Virus record (IMG/VR): IMGVR_UViG_3300043466_002666
From: a virus
Reading direction: 5' to 3' (one strand)
DNA: 64,000 nt
Shown piece after piece: positions 16,979 through 27,682 of the stretch. Numbering within the stretch: the stretch's first letter is position 1; each line of letters opens with the position of its first letter. The notes under the pieces are model-generated. The model saw nothing but the letters and a program-made list of their open reading frames with translations, made no database searches and was not told where the DNA came from. A program made the position numbers and the translations under genes.

Positions 16979-17026
16979 TTGGGGTAAACTCCTTGGTTGT
17001 TAAATTTATTGTTAGGAATCTATTAA

Positions 17027-17034
17027 TATTTATA
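17027..17034 (-). promoter_or_regulatory. T4-type late promoter for gp23
   Basis: Exact TATAAATA in the gp22-gp23 spacer. Confidence 0.85.
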
Positions 17035-17047
17035 AAAATCTAGACTA

Positions 17048-18184
17048 TCACTGAGCCCATCTGGATACAGCTTGTACATAAGCTGCCATTGGTCCCTCGT
17101 AGAAATCTTGATTCTTTTCAACTAGGTCTTCCACATAATTTGATTGAAGTCTTGGGAAATAATTTTCCTTAATAGTCTCAACCTTGTCACGGAAAGATTC
17201 TTCACTAATAAACTCAACACCTTCTGAAAGGTTGAACAGTTTTTCTTTCTGTGTTTCTGCTAGACCTTCGGATACTTCTGCAATAATTCCATTTTTAATG
17301 TATGATCCGATTTCTTGGTTTAGCCCAACATTGATTTCAATCTGTTCGTTGAGTTTTTCCTCCATCTCATCTAGTTTAGTTGCCATTTCGGCAACTACAT
17401 CTTGTTCCTCTTCAGGGAGATCAATATTGTTCTCCAGGAAGAGATTAGCAAGACCTTGCATTAGATTTTCAGCAATTTCGGTCTTGATGCCATTATCAAT
17501 AGAAAGCTGGTTCTCAGCAATCCACTGCTCAGCAACATAATCAAGGTGAGCGTCTACACGAGTCTCTAGGGACTCAGCAATCTCTTCGATTTCTTCGATT
17601 AGACGCTGTTCGTATAGTGCCTCAAACTTTTGAACTTCTTCAACTACTTTTGCTTTTACTGCAGCTTCAAAAATTGTAGCTGCCTTCTGCATGAAGTGTT
17701 CGGAGAGTTCTTCTCCGTAGAAAAGTGCATTGAGATCGTCGGTTACATCGACTTCAATCTCTTCTGCCTTCATTTTTGTTTTTTTCTTGGAAGACTCTTT
17801 CTCTTCCTTCTCATCTTCATCTTCATCTTCTTCTTCATCATCTTCTTGAGCTTCATAAATTAGCTCTTCATCATCTAACTCTTCTTCTTCTCTCATTCCT
17901 TTTTGACCAGGAGCTGAGCCTTGAAGACGAGCCATTCCATCTGGTGACTTTGCACCAGCATTTACTTTAGAAGATGACTTACTCATTCTTGAAGAAGCTT
18001 TCTTGCCAATTTCATCACCTTCTGGTTTGGTTGTGGAAGAACCACCTAGTTCCTCTGGTGATGCACCCTGGCCAGGAGTGCTGTGCTGTAGTTTTTGCAT
18101 ACGGTCTCCTGGTTTAGCGTGAGCAGTGACAACGTTTCCTTCTTCTAGAAATTCGTCAAATTCTGTATTTAATACATTGGACAT
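17048..18184 (-). CDS. gp22: Prohead core scaffold protein
   Basis: Highly acidic; EELSEHFMQKAATIFEAAV, VDAHLDYVAEQW, KVETIKENYF; between gp21 and gp23. Confidence 0.95.
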   Translation of the reverse strand: MSNVLNTEFDEFLEEGNVVTAHAKPGDRMQKLQHSTPGQGASPEELGGSSTTKPEGDEIGKKASSRMSKSSSKVNAGAKSPDGMARLQGSAPGQKGMREEEELDDEELIYEAQEDDEEEDEDEDEKEEKESSKKKTKMKAEEIEVDVTDDLNALFYGEELSEHFMQKAATIFEAAVKAKVVEEVQKFEALYEQRLIEEIEEIAESLETRVDAHLDYVAEQWIAENQLSIDNGIKTEIAENLMQGLANLFLENNIDLPEEEQDVVAEMATKLDEMEEKLNEQIEINVGLNQEIGSYIKNGIIAEVSEGLAETQKEKLFNLSEGVEFISEESFRDKVETIKENYFPRLQSNYVEDLVEKNQDFYEGPMAAYVQAVSRWAQ

Positions 18185-18226
18185 CGAAAAAACCCTCTAG
18201 AAATATGTGATATTTTCTACTATTAT

Positions 18227-18880
18227 TTATGAAATTTTTATATTACGGAGAAAACTTTCAAATACTTGAAGTTTTCTTTCAGTTAAACTATTAGAAGATG
18301 CATTATTAATTGCTCGTCTGTAACTATTAATTACTTTTTCTTCTAACATGCCATTATTCCAAATCCACTCCTTACCTTCCATAATACCTTGTACAAAAGC
18401 ATCTGGAGCAGAAGGATCTGCAACAATATCTGCAGCAGTAGATAACATGAAGTCATCCTTTACTACATTGATTCCGTTTCTTTCTTCAATAGAACCAATT
18501 CCTCTTGAAGATACACCTAGAGTAACGCCAGACTCAAGTAGAGATTTGGCAATTTTACCCATTGGAGTTTCTAGAATCTGAGCCTTACCAATAAAATTGG
18601 TTCCTTCTGAACGAAGAGAAACAATCTTGTGAGACACTCTATCTAGGTTAATTGTTGGACTATCTGGATGACCTAGTTCACCTAGAGCACGACCTTTTGC
18701 AACATAGTTCTCGTTATAAGAACCAACCTCTCTTTCAAGAGTTTGCATAGGGTACATACGACCATTGCGGTTTTTTAGTTCCGCCTGAAGAAATACTCCT
18801 TCAATGTATAGATTCCTTTTACCACCTTTTTCTTCAGTGATAACTTTGATATCTTCGATAGTTTCTGTGATTAGTTTCAT
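18227..18880 (-). CDS. gp21: Prohead protease
   Basis: MKLITE, NRNGRMYP, ALGELGHP, GVSSRGIGS, DIVADPSAPDAFV. Confidence 0.97.
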   Translation of the reverse strand: MKLITETIEDIKVITEEKGGKRNLYIEGVFLQAELKNRNGRMYPMQTLEREVGSYNENYVAKGRALGELGHPDSPTINLDRVSHKIVSLRSEGTNFIGKAQILETPMGKIAKSLLESGVTLGVSSRGIGSIEERNGINVVKDDFMLSTAADIVADPSAPDAFVQGIMEGKEWIWNNGMLEEKVINSYRRAINNASSNSLTERKLQVFESFLRNIKIS

Positions 18881-19134
18881 TGTTCGTACTCTTCTTCTGG
18901 TACATCTTCTTCATATTCATCGTCATCCTCATATTCAACTACAGAGTCGTCCTCTTCATAATAATCATCCTCATCTTCATAGTTTCCTGTTGCAAACATA
19001 TTCTGAGCAAGTTCAATTTTTCTCATTCCGATCTTTTCTGAGGCAAGACCAAACAGAGTATCATAAATTTTTTCATTTGCATTAATATTGTTTCTAGCAA
19101 TAATGCTATCAACAATTTCTTGTGACAAAGACAT
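18877..19134 (-). CDS. Small acidic prohead core protein (gp67/gp68-like position)
   Basis: 85 aa with a D/E-rich tail, between portal and protease; late promoter ATAAATA at 19169-19175. Confidence 0.65.
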   Translation of the reverse strand: MSLSQEIVDSIIARNNINANEKIYDTLFGLASEKIGMRKIELAQNMFATGNYEDEDDYYEEDDSVVEYEDDDEYEEDVPEEEYEQ

Positions 19135-19174
19135 AAAAACCTCAATAATATATGAAAATTACAATAACTATTTA

Positions 19175-20836
19175 TTAAAATTTACCTTTCCCATAATCAG
19201 ATGGAGCGATAAAGTCTTTAAATTGACTATTAATTCCGCCTCCTGCTGGGCCAGCTTCTCCAGATGCAGCTACATCAGGTTGTACCTGGTGATCTTGACC
19301 TGGGGGCAACATACCCTGCTGATCCATCATCATTTGATTTGGATCTTGGATAATTCCAATTTCTTTCTCTTTTTCAATTTGCATATCAATCTCTTCAATT
19401 TCATCATCAGTTTGTTTTAGAATTTGTCTACGAACATATTCTACTGAGAAATATTTACCTAAATATGGTTCAACTTGATTTACAATATTAAGTCTATCAT
19501 TCAAGATTTCAGATTCTTTTAATTCATTGAAATGGTTATCAAAAATATAATCGTATTGAATATATTCTTTCATTTCTTCCCAATCATCTGCAGTAATAAT
19601 TCCTTTTAGAATTAACTGAGTTCTGAGAAGATCATGGAATAAATCACTAAAACGCTTACGAAGTCTACCAACAAATTTAGCAAATTTAAGTTCGTCTCTA
19701 GTGATTTCGTTAGTTCTTCCGATGGTGAATGAAGATTCTTGCTCTAGTCTTGAAAGAGGAATATTAAGAGATTTGTAAAGTTTCTTCTGGAAATACTTAA
19801 CGTCCTCTAGTTCTCCTAGGTTCTGTCCGCCTGGGAGTGTGGTAATTTCTGTACCTCGACCACCTTCACGGCGAGGTAGCCAGAAGTCTTCAAGCATACT
19901 CATATGCTTTCTGTCATCTCTGATTTCACCAGTTGCAGAATCATATACAACTTTATTTCTATATCTACCCATAACTTCACGTAGATATTGTTCTGCCTTC
20001 ACTTTAGGTAGATTACCTACGTCGATATAAAAAATACGACGTTCTGGTGCTCTTGAAAGTCTGTAAATTACAAGTGAGTCTTCAATCATTCGGAGTTGAT
20101 TGACAGATTTAATAGCCTTGTATAGATAACTCAAGACCATGTTTCTGTTATGATCAAATAGTCCAGAAGGAACATAAGTTACAGCATCATTAGAAATTTT
20201 GATGCCATTTGCATCAGAACCTTTGTAACCTCTTGGAAAATAAATGTAGTATTCAATAAACTCACCGTAATCATACTTTTGACCCTCCATTGTAGTGAGA
20301 GAGTCTACGTTTTTTTGTCGTTTAATTTCTCGGACTCTTTTGATTTTTAGAGAGTCAATATATCTAAGTTCTTTGATACCTTCTTTTGGTTTATCAAAGT
20401 CAATAATTTTATGGTAATATAATCTGCCATCAATATACCAGCGACGAAAAATATTATGGCACTTTTTATCAAAATTTAAAAGACGTAAAATATTAGAAAA
20501 TTCTTCTTTAATTGATTTTTTAATTTTATCACTTGCTTGAAGAGTAGAAAGCTCTACAGATACTGGAGCATAATCCAAATCACTACTAATAGCTTCATTA
20601 ATAATATCATCAATAGCACTATCAATCTCTGGATGTAATGCAATTTCTCTATATTTTCTAACCAGCTCAAATTCATTATTATGTTGGCCAACGCCATCTA
20701 GATCTAGATACTGACCAAAATAGGCACCTGCGGCGACTACCGAGGTGCCATCATCATCATTAGGAGGCGCTGGTGAAAACGCCTTGGCTGGTTTCTTCTT
20801 TCTGTCTTCAATAGAGAAACCAAATAGTTGCGTCAT
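19175..20836 (-). CDS. gp20: Portal protein
   Basis: LFGFSI, WYIDGRLYYHK, YRLSRAPERRIFYIDVGNLPKVKAEQY, EDFWLPRREGGRGTEITTLPGG. Confidence 0.99.
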   Translation of the reverse strand: MTQLFGFSIEDRKKKPAKAFSPAPPNDDDGTSVVAAGAYFGQYLDLDGVGQHNNEFELVRKYREIALHPEIDSAIDDIINEAISSDLDYAPVSVELSTLQASDKIKKSIKEEFSNILRLLNFDKKCHNIFRRWYIDGRLYYHKIIDFDKPKEGIKELRYIDSLKIKRVREIKRQKNVDSLTTMEGQKYDYGEFIEYYIYFPRGYKGSDANGIKISNDAVTYVPSGLFDHNRNMVLSYLYKAIKSVNQLRMIEDSLVIYRLSRAPERRIFYIDVGNLPKVKAEQYLREVMGRYRNKVVYDSATGEIRDDRKHMSMLEDFWLPRREGGRGTEITTLPGGQNLGELEDVKYFQKKLYKSLNIPLSRLEQESSFTIGRTNEITRDELKFAKFVGRLRKRFSDLFHDLLRTQLILKGIITADDWEEMKEYIQYDYIFDNHFNELKESEILNDRLNIVNQVEPYLGKYFSVEYVRRQILKQTDDEIEEIDMQIEKEKEIGIIQDPNQMMMDQQGMLPPGQDHQVQPDVAASGEAGPAGGGINSQFKDFIAPSDYGKGKF

Positions 20837-20868
20837 AATAATCCTATAACTCTTTTATGTATTTATTA

Positions 20869-21504
20869 TCAAACTTTATCCTTGGTTACTTCAAAGAAGT
20901 TATATTGGAACTCTACAGTGAATTCTTCAATCTGATCATTTGCTTCAAATGATAAATCAATAGATGAAATTGCAGAAGGCCATGCATCATAGAATTTATA
21001 TGCACGGATTGTTTCCATGCCGTCTGTTCCACCATTAGTTGAGTCTGGACCCCTGGAAGGTGTCTGACCATCTCTGCTGAGTTGGAATACTGTCATATCC
21101 ACACAATATGAAGCTCCACCATCTGCACCATACCCTAACTGTGATACGTTTTCAGTTAAAGCATTGATTCCTCTTGACCATGTTTCAAACGCTTTACGAA
21201 TTTCAAAATTACCATCATTTACTATGGTAACTGACCATGGTTCAAAAGTTCTATCTCCAGCAACTTTAAGCATTCTTCCACGGAAAGGAACTTCAATAGT
21301 TCCAATGTTTGATGCTGGGATTTGAGCAGTTTTTACAAGAAATTCAGCTTGAGTGGTTAAATTTGGTGATGAGGTTGATGCTGGACCACCAACATCCCCA
21401 ATTTGATTTAGCTGAGGTGGGAAATTTAATCTAACTAGAAATAGATTAGGTCTTGCCCCACCTTTCTTTAAATATGATTTGAAATCTGAAATACTCTTAG
21501 CCAT
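20869..21504 (-). CDS. gp19: Tail tube protein
   Basis: GGARPNLF, IEVPFRGRMLKVAGDRTFEPW, IEEFTVEFQY. Confidence 0.96.
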   Translation of the reverse strand: MAKSISDFKSYLKKGGARPNLFLVRLNFPPQLNQIGDVGGPASTSSPNLTTQAEFLVKTAQIPASNIGTIEVPFRGRMLKVAGDRTFEPWSVTIVNDGNFEIRKAFETWSRGINALTENVSQLGYGADGGASYCVDMTVFQLSRDGQTPSRGPDSTNGGTDGMETIRAYKFYDAWPSAISSIDLSFEANDQIEEFTVEFQYNFFEVTKDKV

Positions 21505-21536
21505 TGTGTTCTCCTAGATGGTTTACGAAAAAATGA

Positions 21537-23570
21537 TTACTGAGTTAGTTCGCCAAAGGAAATGCCAGTTCTTGTAGCAACAAAGGTAATTGTGATGAAG
21601 TTGATGCTTCTTGCAGGCTTCACATAAATTTCAGCATTAAATTCATTTCTGTCAATGACATCTGGAGTATTATTGGTTTCATCACACACCACAAGGAAAT
21701 CATAGATACCTCTTCTTCCTTGAACACCTCTTAAGTAAGGTTCAACGGCAGATTTGAAGGAACTTCTAGTTACCTCATCATTTACTTCAAACAACTGGAA
21801 TTTAGAGAATCTTGCAACATTCTTTTCAAGTTCGATGAATAGTCTACGAACATTAATTCTATTGAATGCACTAGGAGAAGATAGTGCAGTCTTATCACCA
21901 AATAAAACAATACCTTGTCCAGGGAATGAAACGATAGGATTGATTCTATTGGTATAAAGTCTGTCTCTTTCTGATTGCTTTGGTGAATATGCAAGCTTAG
22001 TTGCATTTCTCAGATTTCCTCTATTATATCCTGCAGGAGAGAACCAAGTCTCAGAATTAATAGTGGTATTGATGCAAAGACCAGCAACATCTGCTGCACA
22101 TGGGACGTAACGATAAGTATCGTTGAACTTATCATAGATGTACTTATAACCAGAGTCGAACATTGCAAATGAGCTACTTGCAATTCCACTGAAGAAATCT
22201 ACAATGTTTTCAGTTTTAACAGCACTGGTAGAACTATTAATTACATCTGATCTTCTTGGAGAAATTACAGCTACACAATCTCTTCTTGATTCTGCAATAT
22301 CAATAAGCTTAGCTGCTCTATCTGGACTTATAGTTCCAGGGATTAGGAAATCAATATCATTGAAACTTTCAGAATCTCTGAATAGTTCATATCCATTGTC
22401 TATTGCAGCTGTTACATCAACTGTATCACCAGTGAAATTATAATCTGTTCCACCGCTTAAGCTAAATCCGATAACTGGAGAATTTGAACTAGAAATTGGT
22501 GAGAATACCTTATTTGAACTATTTGTTTCGCCAATCACTGCATTTGTTTGACCTTCTAAATTAATTTTAGAAGTTCCAACAAAATCAATTCCGGTTGAGT
22601 GACCTGGGAATACATACTTGGATCTTTCTGCAATTGCAGTATGGAAGTATACTAATGAACCATCTAGAGTGCTTGCATCTTTTGCTTTGGAAACAAATAG
22701 ATACTTCTCAAGAATTGAATTTGGAGTACCAGTAATAATTCCATCTTCATCTAATACTACAATATGCATTTCATCAAATTTGCCGCCTTTAGAAGCAACA
22801 GAAGAAGATGTTCCTGGCTGAGGAGCAACATCTCTCCATTTTAGTCCAGATGCATACTCAAGAGTGTCGTAATAACTATTATCTGGCGCTGCACTGATTG
22901 CACCAGCTGCAATTAAAGTTACTGGGGTTCCTGCATTGTCGGTAATGCTATATGCTGGATACCCATTGGTTGGATCATCTGAAGTTGGAATTCTCTTTGT
23001 ACTATCATTTAAAATGATATGAAGAGTATTATCTGTAGTGCTTGACTTGTAAATCCAGCCAGTTCCTACAGTAGTGCTGCCTTTTTTAATTACAATGGCA
23101 TCTCCTGCTGAGACTGTAGGATCTGCACCAGTGTAAGTAATAATTTGGTCTGCACCATGATCAACTGCAACTACTTTTAAAGAATTTAATTTTGTTCCAG
23201 CAGATCTTGCTGCAAATTTAAATGCAGTTCCAGTGTAGTTATCGTAATCAAATTTACTCTTAATAATGAAAGAACTTAATCCTGCATCAGATGAAGAATT
23301 TAATACAATACTTGAACTTGTTGGTCTTACTACCGCAGCAATTCCACCATACTGAATGATGGTTAATGCAGCAAACCAAGACTCATAGTTATCGTTATTT
23401 GGTGTACCAAATGTATCTAGCAATTCCTTTTCACTAGTAATGTAGGTTACAGTATCTACAGGACCAGTTTCTGCTGCAATTACAATTGCAGCAACATTTT
23501 GATCGGATACATTAATTGTAGGAGTTAAATCAATTTCCTTAATAGATACTCCAGGTGAAGCAAACGCCAT
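21537..23570 (-). CDS. gp18: Tail sheath protein
   Basis: SPGVSIKEIDLT, WFSPAGYNRG, LFGDKT, FNRINVRRLF, KPARSINFI. Confidence 0.98.
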   Translation of the reverse strand: MAFASPGVSIKEIDLTPTINVSDQNVAAIVIAAETGPVDTVTYITSEKELLDTFGTPNNDNYESWFAALTIIQYGGIAAVVRPTSSSIVLNSSSDAGLSSFIIKSKFDYDNYTGTAFKFAARSAGTKLNSLKVVAVDHGADQIITYTGADPTVSAGDAIVIKKGSTTVGTGWIYKSSTTDNTLHIILNDSTKRIPTSDDPTNGYPAYSITDNAGTPVTLIAAGAISAAPDNSYYDTLEYASGLKWRDVAPQPGTSSSVASKGGKFDEMHIVVLDEDGIITGTPNSILEKYLFVSKAKDASTLDGSLVYFHTAIAERSKYVFPGHSTGIDFVGTSKINLEGQTNAVIGETNSSNKVFSPISSSNSPVIGFSLSGGTDYNFTGDTVDVTAAIDNGYELFRDSESFNDIDFLIPGTISPDRAAKLIDIAESRRDCVAVISPRRSDVINSSTSAVKTENIVDFFSGIASSSFAMFDSGYKYIYDKFNDTYRYVPCAADVAGLCINTTINSETWFSPAGYNRGNLRNATKLAYSPKQSERDRLYTNRINPIVSFPGQGIVLFGDKTALSSPSAFNRINVRRLFIELEKNVARFSKFQLFEVNDEVTRSSFKSAVEPYLRGVQGRRGIYDFLVVCDETNNTPDVIDRNEFNAEIYVKPARSINFITITFVATRTGISFGELTQ

Positions 23571-23605
23571 GTTTATTACCTCTATGAGATTTTTTTTCTC
23601 AAAAC

Positions 23606-23616
23606 TATTTATTTAT
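23606..23616 (-). promoter_or_regulatory. Overlapping late promoters for gp18
   Basis: Two overlapping ATAAATA in the gp17-gp18 spacer. Confidence 0.7.
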
Positions 23617-23630
23617 CTTTATATTTTGAA

Positions 23631-25307
23631 CTACTTATATTCCCACATATAAGCCATATCACCATATTCATCAACATTCCACTTATCATCTGTAGCAGCA
23701 GTCCAATAATCTCCTTTAGTATCTACAAATGTAGTTTCAGTATCAGTCAAGCCATCCAATATAAAACCAAATGGAGCCATATCCTGCTCAATAGCCTCTC
23801 TTTGATCTTCAAAAATTCTTTTCCTAACATCATTTGAAGTAAGCTCCCTAAAATAAGGTTGAGTTGATAACCAAGAGAAAATTACGAGACACATTGCCAA
23901 GTCATCATTACAACCTTCCTCTGCAGAAAAAGTATCACTCTTTTGAATGAATGTAGTCAATTCACTAATAATGTCATAATCTGGAACTAAAAGTTTATCA
24001 TCTTCAATCATTGCTTTTAGGTTGGCACATCCATACTTTTTAACTGCCTTGGTCATCTTCACTCCCAGTTGTGCCTTGTTGGAAAATCCAGTTCCAACTA
24101 TCTGGCCAGCACGACCTTTCATTGCACACATTAGCAAGTTATCGTACTCTAGATCAAACTGCAGGATATCTGCTACTTGACCACCGATATCATTGACCTC
24201 AACCAATATATTGGCATTATTGTAGTTTTTACCGACTGTATCTATGATATTGGGGAAGAGGATGGGTTTTATCTCATTATTCTTGTATTTTGCTACCATT
24301 TTATAAGGGATTGTAGTGACATCCATTACCACGAAGGCAGAGTAATCATTTCCAACTCCCCTGGCAACGTCAACGGTCATTACATAATCATGACCATCTA
24401 TTGGGTCTTCATATACATCCAATCCACCACTTCGTTTTAATGGATCTTCATAAACCATTGCACGAAGTTTATTTGGATTGATTAAAGTATCAACAGATCC
24501 TAGGAAGGTACACTCAAATTCTTGCTCAAACTGTCGTTGAGAAGTGTTTGCAATAGTTTCTTCTTTCCACTTCTGGTCTCTTCCTGGAACATCCCACCAG
24601 TTAACTTCCAATGGTGTGTAACTGTTCTTTCCTCGTTCTGCATCGTGCCAGAACTTATAGAACATGTTCATTCCATTTGGAGTGGAAATGATAATTACTT
24701 TAGTAGTTTTACCAGATGAAATAGTAGGGTATACAGAACTAAAAAACTGTTCTGCAATGTGGTTCGGAATGAACGCAAATTCGTCCAGGAAGATGATGTT
24801 GAATGAGTTTCCTCGGACAGCAGATGATGAAGTAGAAGCAGCAATAATCTTGGATCCGTTCTCTAGCTCCAGTGATCCACGGTTCCAAGAACCCACGCCC
24901 TGCTGTAACCATTTAGGTAAGTTTTCGTATGATAACTGCAATCTGGATAGAAGTTCCCTTGAGGTCTCTGCTTTGTTTGCAAGAATTGCGATTTTTACGT
25001 TGGGGTTGAACAAAGCATAATGTAACAGGTAGGAAACAACCGTAGTTGATTTTCCAGTCTGTCTTGGAAGCTTTGCGATATTAAATCTATGCTTATGGAA
25101 ATTGTCAATCAATTTTTCTTGGAAGTCCCACATTTTAAATGGGACTAGACCTTCATCAAGAGAAACAATTTTGATGTACTTTTTTGCAAAGTAAATTGGA
25201 TCTTCTTGACATGTCAAATACTCTTCTAACTGTTCAGAAGTAAATTGTATTTGTACGTTAGAAGGTTTGAGGTTAGGATTACCTTTATAACTAGATCTTT
25301 CACTCAT
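23631..25307 (-). CDS. gp17: Terminase large subunit
   Basis: YKGNPNLK, PRQTGKSTT, IFLDEFAF, STPNG, DVARG, DDLAM; uninterrupted. Confidence 0.98.
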   Translation of the reverse strand: MSERSSYKGNPNLKPSNVQIQFTSEQLEEYLTCQEDPIYFAKKYIKIVSLDEGLVPFKMWDFQEKLIDNFHKHRFNIAKLPRQTGKSTTVVSYLLHYALFNPNVKIAILANKAETSRELLSRLQLSYENLPKWLQQGVGSWNRGSLELENGSKIIAASTSSSAVRGNSFNIIFLDEFAFIPNHIAEQFFSSVYPTISSGKTTKVIIISTPNGMNMFYKFWHDAERGKNSYTPLEVNWWDVPGRDQKWKEETIANTSQRQFEQEFECTFLGSVDTLINPNKLRAMVYEDPLKRSGGLDVYEDPIDGHDYVMTVDVARGVGNDYSAFVVMDVTTIPYKMVAKYKNNEIKPILFPNIIDTVGKNYNNANILVEVNDIGGQVADILQFDLEYDNLLMCAMKGRAGQIVGTGFSNKAQLGVKMTKAVKKYGCANLKAMIEDDKLLVPDYDIISELTTFIQKSDTFSAEEGCNDDLAMCLVIFSWLSTQPYFRELTSNDVRKRIFEDQREAIEQDMAPFGFILDGLTDTETTFVDTKGDYWTAATDDKWNVDEYGDMAYMWEYK

Positions 25308-25313
25308 AGTAAA

Positions 25314-26315
25314 TTATTTTAATTTTGGTTTTCGCCAATCGGGACCTTTTAATTTTGCTTTTGCTGCAGATTGTTCTCCTGCACTTGTTGTTCTATCTGC
25401 AAGATTTCTAATTTTTGCTTGTCTTCTAGCAGAACTATGTCCAGAACCAATTTGAAAACTTACATTATCTGCTTCATTCATAAACTGAGAGAAAGACTTT
25501 GATTCACCTCTTAGTTGACGATAATGAGCTTTTAATTCTGCTCCGCCAGAAGATTTAGCACCTTTGAGCCAAGGATCTTCATCTGAATCATTTGACTTAC
25601 TAACTGGTTTGGTGCTTGATTTATACTTAACTTTTGACGAAGTTGGTTTGCGAGGCATATAGACTTTTCCGCCACTTGCAGTTCTCTCACCAGTATCTAC
25701 TCTATTCTTCAATCTATCTACAATTCTGCTAAGCACTCCTTCATCAATTTTCTCATCTGATGCCAGATATTCTGCAGCAGTATCTACAAAGTCTGCAGCT
25801 CGTGTAATTTTTGATTGTACCCATGCAGGAAGTTGTTGATCAGATTTGCGAATAATTCTGCGAAGCATAGCAATAGATCTTTCCATCTGATCCAATTCAA
25901 GCCTTGCCATATACCCTTCATGGTCTTTAATCTTTCCACTATTAATTTCTTTATGATCTTCTTGCATGTTCAAAAGACTGGTATTCATTTCCCATGCGCT
26001 TGGACCATATGAACATTGTGATTTAGTTTCTTTCTTTTCACAAAGATGACAATAACGAACTTCTTGTTTCTCTTCTTTGACGGATTTTTTTCCATCTTTC
26101 CATTGAGACTTTAATTGCTTTTCCATTTTTAGTAAATGCTTGTAATAGTTAGGAAACTCAGCAATATGTTGGAGAGCAATTCCGTAAGCCTCTTCATGAG
26201 TAGTTACGTGCTCTCTTTCTACAGTAGAACCAACTTCTGCCTGTCTAATAACGTAATCAACAGATACACCATGTTTCTTGGCGATTTCTTGTTCTGTAGG
26301 AACTTTCTTTTTCAT
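25314..26315 (-). CDS. Modular hypothetical protein, probable internal head protein (DUF5661-like N-terminus)
   Basis: EREHVTTHEEAYGIALQHIAEFPNYY, CHLC..C, LPAWVQSKIT, and a KSFSQFMNE motif. Likely start MKKKVPT at 26315. Confidence 0.6.
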   Translation of the reverse strand: MKKKVPTEQEIAKKHGVSVDYVIRQAEVGSTVEREHVTTHEEAYGIALQHIAEFPNYYKHLLKMEKQLKSQWKDGKKSVKEEKQEVRYCHLCEKKETKSQCSYGPSAWEMNTSLLNMQEDHKEINSGKIKDHEGYMARLELDQMERSIAMLRRIIRKSDQQLPAWVQSKITRAADFVDTAAEYLASDEKIDEGVLSRIVDRLKNRVDTGERTASGGKVYMPRKPTSSKVKYKSSTKPVSKSNDSDEDPWLKGAKSSGGAELKAHYRQLRGESKSFSQFMNEADNVSFQIGSGHSSARRQAKIRNLADRTTSAGEQSAAKAKLKGPDWRKPKLK

Positions 26316-27679
26316 TAGTAAATCTCCCTCCACTGAAGACCTGCTCTGATTGTTCCAGCGTTATTACCCATGTTCGTTACCAATACAACATATACTTCAG
26401 ATGAACTTGAGTCAAAATTTTGAACGATAATGTTTTTCTTTGCTGCTGAAATAGAACCTGTTGAAGCAGATCCTAAAGAGTTTTGTGAAGAACCAGCAGT
26501 TACATAACCACCAAATAAGACATCACGATTTGCTGCTGTATAACCAGTAGCACCTACAGAATATTGAACGCCACTATCAGCATCAACATCGGTCCAAGTA
26601 AGTGTTCCTGCCAAACTTGCTTCGCTAGGTAGTTTAGCAATTTGAAATGCCATCGTTTCGCCAGTTGGATACAGAGCAATATTATTCAACTTGACAGAAA
26701 TTCTGTTTGGATAAGATTGGAATGTATTTTTCAAACGAATTGCTAATACTGGTAGAGTGGCAGCTGCTCCAACTGCTCTTGATGCTGTCATCAAATGCAT
26801 AAAGTCAATACCACTTTCTGTGTATCCACCTTCTGACATTACAGTAGAACAAATCTGATCCATCGAACCACCAGAAGTTGTGCCTGTGTTTAGGATCTCA
26901 CATCTTACTGGGAGGTTTGGATTAGACATATAAACTTCTGATAGCACATTAGAGCAGTAGTATTCATGTGCTAAAATGATCTGACCAGCATGAACAAATC
27001 CACAACGAACTCTACCAACTCCAAGCCACTGAAAGTCAATATAAACCAGTTGAGTTTTTGAAGTATTGATGTTGAACTTGGAAGGACCAGTTCCATCACA
27101 AGGATCAATATTCCATTCTGATTGAGGAACTCTTCTCTTGTAGTCTCCTACTGTTGCTTCACTAGCACTGCCGCCAGCATAGGAACGAATTACAAAATTG
27201 AGTGTACCATTTGTTGTGCCGTTGGAAGTTCCATTTCCAACTTGCTCAAAGTAAATGCCATCTCTGTCATCAAAGTATCCAGTTCTCTTGGTTACATTCT
27301 GCTGGGCGTAACCAAAGCATACCGAACTAAAGATAACCTGTGATTTACCTGGCTGGTAATGATGATAGAACTTTGTTTGATGGGAGGCACTAGAAGCAAC
27401 ATTAGATGTTGTTGTCATCGTAGCACATGCTTTATTCACGTCATATTGAATGTTCCCACCATTCAATGTTCTATCGTTGAAGTTAGGATCAATAGCATAG
27501 AGATGCTTATAATCACCGAGAGTGAATGTCTCGGCAACTCTCAAACGACCAAAAGCATCATTAGCAGTTGCACCAGTACCAGTAGTAAGATTGCCGAAGT
27601 TATCGGCAAGCATCACTACTTCATACTCATCATTATTATCACTAGCTAGTGATTGGTCTGAACGGTAAAACTTTGCCAT
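26315..27679 (-). CDS. Putative virion structural protein (beta-rich)
   Basis: 454 aa; DAFGRLRV, YQPGKSQ, IDFQWLGVGRVRCGF; lies in the late operon. Confidence 0.65.
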   Translation of the reverse strand: MAKFYRSDQSLASDNNDEYEVVMLADNFGNLTTGTGATANDAFGRLRVAETFTLGDYKHLYAIDPNFNDRTLNGGNIQYDVNKACATMTTTSNVASSASHQTKFYHHYQPGKSQVIFSSVCFGYAQQNVTKRTGYFDDRDGIYFEQVGNGTSNGTTNGTLNFVIRSYAGGSASEATVGDYKRRVPQSEWNIDPCDGTGPSKFNINTSKTQLVYIDFQWLGVGRVRCGFVHAGQIILAHEYYCSNVLSEVYMSNPNLPVRCEILNTGTTSGGSMDQICSTVMSEGGYTESGIDFMHLMTASRAVGAAATLPVLAIRLKNTFQSYPNRISVKLNNIALYPTGETMAFQIAKLPSEASLAGTLTWTDVDADSGVQYSVGATGYTAANRDVLFGGYVTAGSSQNSLGSASTGSISAAKKNIIVQNFDSSSSEVYVVLVTNMGNNAGTIRAGLQWREIY

Positions 27680-27682
27680 CTA

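Noticed and set aside
15587-25307. Introns or inteins in gp23, gp20 or gp17
   Set aside because: The ORFs are continuous and of normal length, with no intein or intron signatures seen.
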